From Escherichia coli (GTDB taxonomy: Bacteria; Pseudomonadota; Gammaproteobacteria; Enterobacterales; Enterobacteriaceae), in NCBI RefSeq assembly GCF_030013205.1, contig NZ_CP122648.1: 64,000 bases of DNA; one strand, 5' to 3'. Made by a program: the position numbers and the translations under genes. Within the stretch, counting starts at the first letter, position 1, and every line of letters begins with the position of its first letter. Below the pieces are notes generated by a model that saw only the letters and a list, made by a program, of their open reading frames with translations, was not told the DNA's origin and ran no database searches. Below, piece after piece: positions 54,333 through 64,000 of this stretch.

Positions 54333-55223
54333 ATGAGCCAGTCAGAGTTTGATTCAGCGCTTCCGAACGGTATCGGGTTAGCGCCTTACCTGCGAATGAA
54401 GCAGGAAGGAATGACAGAAAACGAAAGCCGCATCGTGGAGTGGTTACTCAAACCCGGTAACCTGAGTTGTGCACCCGCAATTAAAGATGTCGCAGAAGCT
54501 CTGGCGGTATCTGAAGCGATGATAGTTAAGGTATCAAAGCTGCTGGGGTTTAGCGGCTTTCGTAACTTACGCAGTGCGCTGGAAGATTATTTTTCTCAGT
54601 CAGAACAGGTATTGCCTTCCGAGTTGGCTTTTGATGAAGCGCCGCAGGATGTGGTGAATAAGGTATTTAACATCACTTTACGCACCATTATGGAAGGTCA
54701 GTCGATCGTCAACGTTGATGAGATCCACCGTGCCGCCCGCTTTTTCTATCAGGCCAGACAGCGGGATTTGTACGGTGCCGGAGGATCAAATGCTATCTGT
54801 GCTGATGTACAGCACAAGTTTTTACGCATTGGCGTACGCTGCCAGGCCTATCCGGACGCTCACATCATGATGATGTCTGCTTCGTTGTTACAGGAAGGAG
54901 ATGTGGTGCTGGTGGTGACCCATTCCGGGCGAACCAGTGATGTAAAAGCGGCTGTAGAACTGGCAAAAAAGAACGGGGCAAAGATTATTTGTATAACGCA
55001 TAGCTACCATTCACCGATAGCGAAGCTGGCCGATTATATTATTTGCTCACCGGCCCCGGAAACACCGTTATTAGGTCGTAATGCCTCGGCAAGAATATTA
55101 CAACTAACTTTGCTGGACGCGTTTTTTGTCTCTGTCGCCCAGCTCAACATTGAACAAGCTAATATTAATATGCAAAAAACCGGCGCAATTGTTGATTTCT
55201 TCTCACCAGGCGCGCTGAAATAA
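54333..55223 (+). CDS. rpiR: RpiR-family repressor of the als operon
   Basis: 296 aa from MSQSEFDSALPNG; HTH plus SIS domain. Confidence 0.9.
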   Translation: MSQSEFDSALPNGIGLAPYLRMKQEGMTENESRIVEWLLKPGNLSCAPAIKDVAEALAVSEAMIVKVSKLLGFSGFRNLRSALEDYFSQSEQVLPSELAFDEAPQDVVNKVFNITLRTIMEGQSIVNVDEIHRAARFFYQARQRDLYGAGGSNAICADVQHKFLRIGVRCQAYPDAHIMMMSASLLQEGDVVLVVTHSGRTSDVKAAVELAKKNGAKIICITHSYHSPIAKLADYIICSPAPETPLLGRNASARILQLTLLDAFFVSVAQLNIEQANINMQKTGAIVDFFSPGALK

Positions 55224-55281
55224 GAAAAAGGTAATTCCGCCATCGCGGAGTTACCTATACCCTTACCGTGAGAACATGATT

Positions 55282-56217
55282 ATGAATAAATATCTGAAAT
55301 ATTTCAGCGGCACACTCGTGGGCTTAATGTTGTCAACCAGCGCTTTTGCTGCCGCCGAATATGCTGTCGTATTGAAAACACTCTCCAACCCATTTTGGGT
55401 AGATATGAAAAAAGGCATTGAAGATGAAGCAAAAACGCTGGGCGTCAGCGTTGATATTTTTGCCTCTCCTTCAGAAGGCGATTTTCAATCTCAATTGCAG
55501 TTATTTGAAGATCTCAGTAATAAAAATTACAAAGGTATCGCCTTCGCGCCATTATCCTCAGTGAATCTGGTCATGCCTGTCGCCCGCGCATGGAAAAAAG
55601 GCATTTATCTGGTTAATCTCGATGAAAAAATCGACATGGATAATCTGAAAAAAGCTGGCGGCAATGTGGAAGGTTTTGTCACCACCGATAACGTTGCTGT
55701 CGGGGCGAAAGGCGCGTCGTTCATTATTGACAAATTGGGCGCTGAAGGTGGTGAAGTCGCAATCATTGAGGGTAAAGCCGGTAACGCCTCCGGTGAAGCG
55801 CGTCGTAATGGTGCCACCGAAGCCTTCAAAAAAGCAAGCCAGATCAAGCTTGTCGCCAGCCAGCCTGCCGACTGGGACCGTATTAAAGCACTGGATGTCG
55901 CCACTAACGTGTTGCAACGTAATCCGAATATTAAAGCGATCTATTGCGCGAATGACACGATGGCAATGGGTGTTGCTCAGGCAGTCGCAAACGCCGGAAA
56001 AACGGGCAAAGTGTTGGTCGTCGGTACAGATGGAATTCCGGAAGCCCGCAAAATGGTGGAAGCCGGACAAATGACCGCGACGGTTGCCCAGAACCCGGCG
56101 GATATCGGCGCAACGGGTCTGAAGCTGATGGTTGACGCTGAGAAATCCGGCAAGGTTATCCCGCTGGATAAAGCACCGGAATTTAAACTGGTCGATTCAA
56201 TCCTGGTCACTCAATAA
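55282..56217 (+). CDS. alsB: D-allose periplasmic binding protein
   Basis: 311 aa with signal peptide. Confidence 0.9.
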   Translation: MNKYLKYFSGTLVGLMLSTSAFAAAEYAVVLKTLSNPFWVDMKKGIEDEAKTLGVSVDIFASPSEGDFQSQLQLFEDLSNKNYKGIAFAPLSSVNLVMPVARAWKKGIYLVNLDEKIDMDNLKKAGGNVEGFVTTDNVAVGAKGASFIIDKLGAEGGEVAIIEGKAGNASGEARRNGATEAFKKASQIKLVASQPADWDRIKALDVATNVLQRNPNIKAIYCANDTMAMGVAQAVANAGKTGKVLVVGTDGIPEARKMVEAGQMTATVAQNPADIGATGLKLMVDAEKSGKVIPLDKAPEFKLVDSILVTQ

Positions 56218-56344
56218 AACTGAATGATGCCGGATGATGATGCTAATGAAGAGTCTTATCCGGCCAACAAAATAACCTGAACGTAGACCTGATAAGTGTA
56301 GCCCATCAGGCAATAATACGATATTTCGTGCAGAGAGGTTATTT

Positions 56345-57877
56345 ATGGCCACGCCATATATATCGATGGCGGGGATCGGCAAGACCTTTGGTCCGGTTCA
56401 CGCATTAAAGTCGGTTAATTTAACGGTTTATCCTGGTGAAATACATGCATTACTAGGAGAAAATGGCGCGGGTAAATCCACGCTAATGAAAGTTTTATCC
56501 GGAATACATGAGCCGACCAAAGGCACCATTACCATTAATAACATTAACTATAACAAGCTGGATCATAAATTAGCGGCACAACTCGGCATCGGGATTATTT
56601 ATCAAGAACTCAGCGTTATTGATGAATTAACCGTACTGGAAAATTTATATATTGGTCGTCATCTGACGAAAAAAATCTGCGGTGTCAATATTATCGACTG
56701 GCGAGAAATGCGTGTCCGCGCCGCAATGATGTTATTACGCGTGGGCTTGAAAGTTGATTTAGATGAGAAAGTGGCGAATTTATCTATCAGCCACAAGCAG
56801 ATGCTGGAAATTGCCAAAACGCTGATGCTCGATGCCAAAGTCATCATCATGGATGAACCCACCTCCTCACTCACCAATAAAGAGGTGGACTATTTGTTTC
56901 TGATCATGAATCAGTTGCGTAAGGAGGGTACGGCTATCGTCTATATCTCGCATAAATTGGCGGAAATTCGCCGTATTTGCGACCGCTATACGGTGATGAA
57001 AGACGGCAGCAGCGTTTGCAGCGGCATGGTGAGCGATGTGTCAAATGACGATATCGTCCGTCTGATGGTAGGCCGCGAACTGCAAAACCGTTTTAACGCG
57101 ATGAAGGAGAATGTCAGCAACCTTGCGCACGAAACGGTTTTTGAGGTGCGGAACGTCACCAGTCGTGACAGAAAAAAGGTCCGGGATATCTCATTTAGCG
57201 TCTGCCGGGGAGAAATATTAGGCTTTGCCGGACTGGTCGGTTCCGGACGTACTGAACTGATGAACTGCCTGTTTGGCGTTGATAAACGCGCTGGCGGAGA
57301 AATCCGTCTTAATGGCAAAGATATCTCTCCACGTTCTCCCCTGGATGCCGTGAAAAAAGGGATGGCTTACATCACTGAAAGCCGCCGGGATAACGGCTTT
57401 TTCCCCAACTTTTCTATCGCTCAGAACATAGCTATCAGCCGCAGTCTGAAAGACGGCGGCTATAAAGGCGCGATGGGGTTGTTTCATGAAGTTGACGAGC
57501 AACGTACCGCTGAAGCCCAGCGCGAACTGCTGGCGCTGAAATGTCATTCGGTAAACCAGAACATCACTGAACTCTCCGGCGGTAACCAGCAGAAAGTCCT
57601 GATCTCCAAATGGCTGTGCTGTCACCCGGAAGTGATCATTTTCGATGAACCTACCCGTGGCATCGACGTTGGCGCGAAAGCCGAAATTTACAAAGTGATG
57701 CGCCAACTGGCGGACGACGGAAAAGTCATCCTGATGGTGTCATCTGAACTACCTGAAATTATCACCGTCTGCGACCGCATCGCCGTGTTCTGCGAAGGAC
57801 GACTGACGCAAATCCTGACCAATCGCGATGACATGAGCGAAGAGGAGATTATGGCATGGGCTTTACCACACGAGTAA
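56345..57877 (+). CDS. alsA: D-allose ABC transporter ATPase (duplicated ABC domains)
   Basis: 510 aa; Walker A GENGAGKST. Confidence 0.9.
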   Translation: MATPYISMAGIGKTFGPVHALKSVNLTVYPGEIHALLGENGAGKSTLMKVLSGIHEPTKGTITINNINYNKLDHKLAAQLGIGIIYQELSVIDELTVLENLYIGRHLTKKICGVNIIDWREMRVRAAMMLLRVGLKVDLDEKVANLSISHKQMLEIAKTLMLDAKVIIMDEPTSSLTNKEVDYLFLIMNQLRKEGTAIVYISHKLAEIRRICDRYTVMKDGSSVCSGMVSDVSNDDIVRLMVGRELQNRFNAMKENVSNLAHETVFEVRNVTSRDRKKVRDISFSVCRGEILGFAGLVGSGRTELMNCLFGVDKRAGGEIRLNGKDISPRSPLDAVKKGMAYITESRRDNGFFPNFSIAQNIAISRSLKDGGYKGAMGLFHEVDEQRTAEAQRELLALKCHSVNQNITELSGGNQQKVLISKWLCCHPEVIIFDEPTRGIDVGAKAEIYKVMRQLADDGKVILMVSSELPEIITVCDRIAVFCEGRLTQILTNRDDMSEEEIMAWALPHE

Positions 57878-58836
57878 AAAGCGAAGCGAGCGAGAAGAAA
57901 CCGTTCAACTTTGCGCTGTTCTGGGATAAATACGGCACCTTTTTTATCCTGGCGATCATCGTCGCCATTTTTGGTTCGCTGTCGCCAGAATATTTTCTGA
58001 CCACCAATAATATTACCCAGATTTTTGTGCAAAGCTCCGTGACGGTACTGATCGGCATGGGGGAATTCTTCGCTATCCTGGTCGCCGGTATCGACCTTTC
58101 GGTTGGCGCGATTCTGGCGCTTTCCGGTATGGTGACCGCTAAACTGATGTTGGCAGGTATTGATCCGTTTCTCGCGGCGCTAATTGGCGGTGTACTGGTT
58201 GGCGGCGCACTGGGGGCGATCAACGGCTGCCTGGTCAACTGGACGGGGCTACACCCGTTCATTATCACCCTTGGCACCAACGCTATTTTCCGTGGGATCA
58301 CGCTGGTGATCTCCGATGCCAACTCGGTATACGGCTTCTCATTTGACTTCGTGAACTTCTTTGCCGCCAGCGTAATTGGGATACCTGTCCCCGTTATCTT
58401 CTCGCTAATTGTCGCGCTCATCCTTTGGTTTCTGACAACGCGTATGCGGCTCGGCCGCAACATCTACGCACTGGGCGGCAACAAAAACTCGGCGTTCTAT
58501 TCCGGGATTGACGTGAAATTCCACATCCTGGTGGTGTTTATCATCTCCGGTGTTTGTGCAGGTCTGGCAGGCGTCGTCTCAACTGCACGACTCGGTGCCG
58601 CAGAACCGCTTGCCGGTATGGGGTTTGAAACCTATGCCATTGCCAGCGCCATCATTGGCGGCACCAGTTTCTTCGGCGGCAAGGGGCGCATTTTCTCTGT
58701 GGTGATTGGCGGGTTGATCATCGGCACCATCAACAACGGTCTGAATATTTTGCAGGTACAAACCTATTACCAACTGGTGGTGATGGGCGGATTAATTATC
58801 GCGGCTGTCGCCCTTGACCGTCTTATCAGTAAGTAA
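57856..58836 (+). CDS. alsC: D-allose ABC transporter permease
   Basis: 326 aa. Confidence 0.9.
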   Translation: MGFTTRVKSEASEKKPFNFALFWDKYGTFFILAIIVAIFGSLSPEYFLTTNNITQIFVQSSVTVLIGMGEFFAILVAGIDLSVGAILALSGMVTAKLMLAGIDPFLAALIGGVLVGGALGAINGCLVNWTGLHPFIITLGTNAIFRGITLVISDANSVYGFSFDFVNFFAASVIGIPVPVIFSLIVALILWFLTTRMRLGRNIYALGGNKNSAFYSGIDVKFHILVVFIISGVCAGLAGVVSTARLGAAEPLAGMGFETYAIASAIIGGTSFFGGKGRIFSVVIGGLIIGTINNGLNILQVQTYYQLVVMGGLIIAAVALDRLISK

Positions 58837-58846
58837 GGAATTAAAC

Positions 58847-60455
<1,609 letters not shown>

Positions 60456-60462
60456 GTAAAGC

Positions 60463-60500
60463 GTTGGCACAGTAGCGCAATGTCCCGCTGTGCCAACGAC
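60463..60500 (+). terminator. Hairpin after alsK
   Basis: cgttggcacag / ctgtgccaacg stem. Confidence 0.4.
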
Positions 60501-60727
60501 AGGTACAATATATATAATAATTACATAAAACAGCCCATATTATTCCCAGCAATGATAATTCTACTGTAATTTTCCCTCTTCAGCACAAATGCCTAATAAA
60601 ATGGCTCGTTCCGCTCACACTTCCACTTATTAAAGTCGAAATTTCCCAATTATGATAACGCCAGCTTTAAATGACGTATTTTGCATGGATTACATATTTA
60701 CAATACAAATGATAAATGGAGATTTAT

Positions 60728-62713
60728 ATGAATAACTCTCGGTTATTCCGTTTGAGCAGGATTGTTATTGCGTTAACTGCTGCCAGCAGCATGATGGTAA
60801 ATACCGCTAATGCGAAAGAGGAAGCGAAAGCCGCCACTCAATATACCCAACAGGTTAATCAGAATTACGCCAAATCATTACCGTTTAGCGATCGTCAAGA
60901 TTTTGACGATGCCCAGCGTGGATTTATCGCCCCGCTGCTGGATGAAGGTATTCTGCGTGATGCGAACGGTAAAGTTTACTACCGCGCAGACGATTACAAA
61001 TTTGATATTAATGCCGCTGCGCCGGAAACCGTAAACCCCAGCCTGTGGCGTCAGTCGCAAATCAACGGTATTTCTGGCCTGTTCAAAGTCACCGATAAAA
61101 TGTATCAGGTGCGCGGCCAGGATATCTCTAACATTACGTTCGTTGAGGGCGAGAAAGGCATTATTGTTATCGACCCGCTGGTGACGCCGCCTGCCGCAAA
61201 AGCCGCACTTGATCTTTACTTCCAGCATCGTCCGCAAAAACCGATTGTTGCTGTGATTTACACCCACAGCCACGCCGACCATTATGGCGGTGTGAAAGGC
61301 ATTATCTCTGAAGCGGATGTTAAATCCGGCAAAGTGCAGGTGATCGCTCCGGCAGGCTTTATGGACGAAGCCATCAGCGAAAACGTGCTGGCGGGTAACA
61401 TCATGAGCCGCCGTGCACTCTACTCTTACGGTCTGTTACTGCCGCACAACGCGCAAGGCAATGTGGGCAACGGCCTGGGCGTGACGCTGGCAACGGGCGA
61501 CCCGAGCATTATTGCACCGACTAAAACTATCGTCAGAACTGGCGAGAAGATGATTATCGACGGCCTGGAATTTGACTTCCTTATGACCCCTGGTAGCGAA
61601 GCGCCAGCCGAAATGCACTTCTATATTCCGGCCCTGAAAGCCCTGTGTACCGCCGAGAACGCCACGCATACCCTGCACAACTTCTACACTCTGCGCGGCG
61701 CGAAAACCCGCGATACCAGCAAGTGGACCGAGTACCTGAACGAAACGCTGGATATGTGGGGTAACGACGCGGAAGTACTGTTTATGCCGCACACCTGGCC
61801 GGTCTGGGGCAATAAGCATATCAATGATTATATTGGTAAATATCGCGATACCATCAAGTACATTCACGACCAGACCCTGCACCTGGCGAACCAGGGCTAC
61901 ACCATGAATGAAATCGGCGACATGATTAAGCTGCCGCCTGCGCTTGCCAATAACTGGGCCAGCCGCGGCTATTACGGTTCTGTCAGCCACAACGCCCGCG
62001 CGGTGTATAACTTCTATCTTGGCTATTACGACGGTAACCCGGCTAACCTGCATCCGTATGGTCAGGTGGAGATGGGTAAACGTTACGTGCAGGCGCTGGG
62101 CGGTTCTGCCCGTGTCATCAACCTGGCGCAAGAAGCGAACAAGCAAGGTGATTACCGCTGGTCGGCAGAACTGCTGAAACAGGTGATTGCCGCCAACCCT
62201 GGTGACCAGGTCGCGAAGAATCTGCAAGCGAATAACTTTGAACAGCTGGGCTATCAGGCCGAGTCCGCCACCTGGCGCGGTTTCTACCTGACCGGCGCGA
62301 AAGAGCTGCGCGAAGGGGTGCATAAATTCAGCCACGGCACCACCGGTTCCCCGGACACCATTCGCGGAATGTCGGTCGAAATGCTGTTCGACTTTATGTC
62401 CGTTCGCCTCGATAGTGCGAAAGCCGCGGGTAAAAATATCAGCCTGAACTTCAATATGAGCAACGGCGATAACCTCAACCTGACGCTGAACGATAGCGTG
62501 CTTAACTACCGTAAAACGCTGCAACCGCAAGCCGACGCCTCTTTCTACATCAGCCGTGAAGATCTGCATGCCGTGCTGACCGGACAAGTCAAAATAGTGG
62601 ATCTGGTAAAAGCGAAGAAAGCCAAAATTATTGGCAATGGCGCGGAACTGGAAGAAATTATTGCCTGTCTGGATAATTTCGATTTGTGGGTGAATATCGT
62701 AACCCCAAATTAA
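60728..62713 (+). CDS. yjcS: Alkyl/aryl sulfatase-like metallo-beta-lactamase-fold protein
   Basis: 661 aa from [11 protein letters not shown] with signal peptide; motif [10 protein letters not shown]. Confidence 0.9.
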   Translation: MNNSRLFRLSRIVIALTAASSMMVNTANAKEEAKAATQYTQQVNQNYAKSLPFSDRQDFDDAQRGFIAPLLDEGILRDANGKVYYRADDYKFDINAAAPETVNPSLWRQSQINGISGLFKVTDKMYQVRGQDISNITFVEGEKGIIVIDPLVTPPAAKAALDLYFQHRPQKPIVAVIYTHSHADHYGGVKGIISEADVKSGKVQVIAPAGFMDEAISENVLAGNIMSRRALYSYGLLLPHNAQGNVGNGLGVTLATGDPSIIAPTKTIVRTGEKMIIDGLEFDFLMTPGSEAPAEMHFYIPALKALCTAENATHTLHNFYTLRGAKTRDTSKWTEYLNETLDMWGNDAEVLFMPHTWPVWGNKHINDYIGKYRDTIKYIHDQTLHLANQGYTMNEIGDMIKLPPALANNWASRGYYGSVSHNARAVYNFYLGYYDGNPANLHPYGQVEMGKRYVQALGGSARVINLAQEANKQGDYRWSAELLKQVIAANPGDQVAKNLQANNFEQLGYQAESATWRGFYLTGAKELREGVHKFSHGTTGSPDTIRGMSVEMLFDFMSVRLDSAKAAGKNISLNFNMSNGDNLNLTLNDSVLNYRKTLQPQADASFYISREDLHAVLTGQVKIVDLVKAKKAKIIGNGAELEEIIACLDNFDLWVNIVTPN

Positions 62714-62724
62714 TGCCACTCACT

Positions 62725-62752
62725 TTTGGGGGCCCTTAAGCCCCCAAAAGCA
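62725..62752 (+). terminator. Rho-independent terminator after yjcS
   Basis: cttttgggggc / gcccccaaaag hairpin. Confidence 0.65.
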
Positions 62753-62921
62753 TTTATTTAAAAAATATATACAGCAAATTAATACATAAAATATATAAGT
62801 TATGAATGCGGTGGCTGAATAAAGCTATTTTTATTCATCGAGAAAATAGCCATACTGACGCCTTCAATGGATATTGATATTCACTACAGATATTGTTCGC
62901 AGCAGACAGGATGTATTTAAT

Positions 62922-63197
62922 ATGCCAACAGTTCTCTCTCGCATGGCGATGCAACTCAAAAAAACAGCCTGGATAATTCCCGTCTTCATGGTTTCGGGAT
63001 GCTCATTATCTCCGGCAATCCCGGTGATCGGCGCTTATTATCCCAGCTGGTTTTTCTGCGCCATTGCCAGCCTTATTTTGACTCTCATCACGAGGCGAAT
63101 TATTCAGCGGACAAATATCAATCTGGCATTTGTCGGAATTATTTATACCGCCCTTTTTGCTCTCTACGCCATGCTGTTCTGGCTGGCATTTTTCTAA
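62922..63197 (+). CDS. ytcA: YtcA small lipoprotein
   Basis: 91 aa from MPTVLSRMAMQLKK; lipobox VSGC. Confidence 0.8.
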   Translation: MPTVLSRMAMQLKKTAWIIPVFMVSGCSLSPAIPVIGAYYPSWFFCAIASLILTLITRRIIQRTNINLAFVGIIYTALFALYAMLFWLAFF

Positions 63198-63215
63198 TCT
63201 ATTTGAGACGCGCTC

Positions 63216-64000
63216 ATGGAAAGTACGCCGAAAAAAGCTCCTCGCAGTAAATTCCCTGCTCTGTTAGTGGTTGCGTTGGCGCTGGTTGCCCTTGTTTTCG
63301 TTATCTGGCGCGTAGACAGTGCGCCATCAACTAATGACGCTTACGCGTCAGCAGATACCATTGATGTGGTGCCGGAAGTCAGCGGTCGCATTGTAGAACT
63401 GGCGGTCACCGACAACCAGGCGGTGAAACAGGGCGATTTGCTGTTCCGCATCGACCCGCGCCCGTACGAAGCCAATCTGGCGAAAGCCGAAGCCTCCCTC
63501 GCGGCGCTGGATAAGCAAATTATGCTCACCCAGCGTAGCGTTGACGCACAACAGTTTGGTGCCGACTCGGTTAATGCCACGGTAGAAAAAGCCCGTGCCG
63601 CTGCAAAACAGGCCAGCGATACATTACGCCGCACCGAGCCATTACTGAAAGAAGGTTTTGTCTCAGCGGAAGACGTTGACCGTGCAAAAACGGCGCAGCG
63701 CGCCGCAGAAGCCGATCTTAACGCCGTTTTATTACAGGCGCAGTCAGCCGCCAGCGCCGTCAGCGGCGTGGATGCATTAGTTGCCCAGCGTGCGGCAGTG
63801 GAAGCGGATATTGCGTTGACCAAACTGCATCTGGAAATGGCGACCGTTCGCGCACCGTTTGATGGCCGGGTCATTTCCCTCAAAACCTCCGTCGGGCAAT
63901 TTGCTTCTGCCATGCGCCCTATTTTCACCCTAATCGACACTCGTCACTGGTACGTGATCGCCAATTTCCGCGAAACTGATCTGAAAAATATTCGCTCAGG
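63216..64000 (+). CDS. mdtN: MdtN multidrug efflux membrane-fusion protein; 3' end beyond window
   Basis: Not in ORF track because it is open at the window edge; ATG 63216 translates MESTPKKAPRSKFPALLVVALAL... Confidence 0.85.
   Translation, partial: MESTPKKAPRSKFPALLVVALALVALVFVIWRVDSAPSTNDAYASADTIDVVPEVSGRIVELAVTDNQAVKQGDLLFRIDPRPYEANLAKAEASLAALDKQIMLTQRSVDAQQFGADSVNATVEKARAAAKQASDTLRRTEPLLKEGFVSAEDVDRAKTAQRAAEADLNAVLLQAQSAASAVSGVDALVAQRAAVEADIALTKLHLEMATVRAPFDGRVISLKTSVGQFASAMRPIFTLIDTRHWYVIANFRETDLKNIRS

Noticed and set aside
61436-62719. 427-aa minus-strand ORF inside yjcS
   Set aside because: Antisense to yjcS; low-complexity translation.

Overview
This window reads as an Escherichia coli chromosomal segment, in reverse orientation to K-12 numbering, running from the pheU side of the cad locus to mdtN. 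All identifications are from reading the ORF translations and recalling K-12 proteins; no database search was run. I did not find a convincingly undescribed system; the best leads are the unassigned ORFs in the island tip and three structural differences from K-12.

Layout:
- 1-6298: distal end of a horizontally acquired island, ending in a 22-bp copy of the tRNA-Phe 3' end (the island att repeat). It carries an antigen-43-like autotransporter C-terminus, a DUF932-like gene, a KlcA/ArdB-like antirestriction gene, a RadC-like gene, a YeeT-like gene, an unassigned 214-aa ORF, a CbeA/CbtA-like toxin-antitoxin pair, a YeeW-like gene, a small acidic ORF and a 280-aa ORF.
- 6299-36714: core genes cadC-cadB-cadA, dtpC, lysU, ghoT-ghoS, yjdJ, yjdI, dcuS-dcuR, dcuB, fumB, yjdF, melA, melR, adiA-adiY-adiC, eptA-basR-basS with pmrR, proP.
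- 36978-64000: yjcZ-crfC, an IS1 copy, yjdM(phnA), yjdN, the 14-gene phnC-phnP operon, yjdP, rpiB, rpiR(alsR)-alsBACEK, yjcS, ytcA and the start of mdtN.

Differences from K-12 as I remember it:
- melB is absent; the yjdF and melA stop codons overlap.
- An IS1 with a perfect 9-bp target duplication sits 29 bp upstream of the crfC start codon.
- phnE is an intact 259-codon frame.
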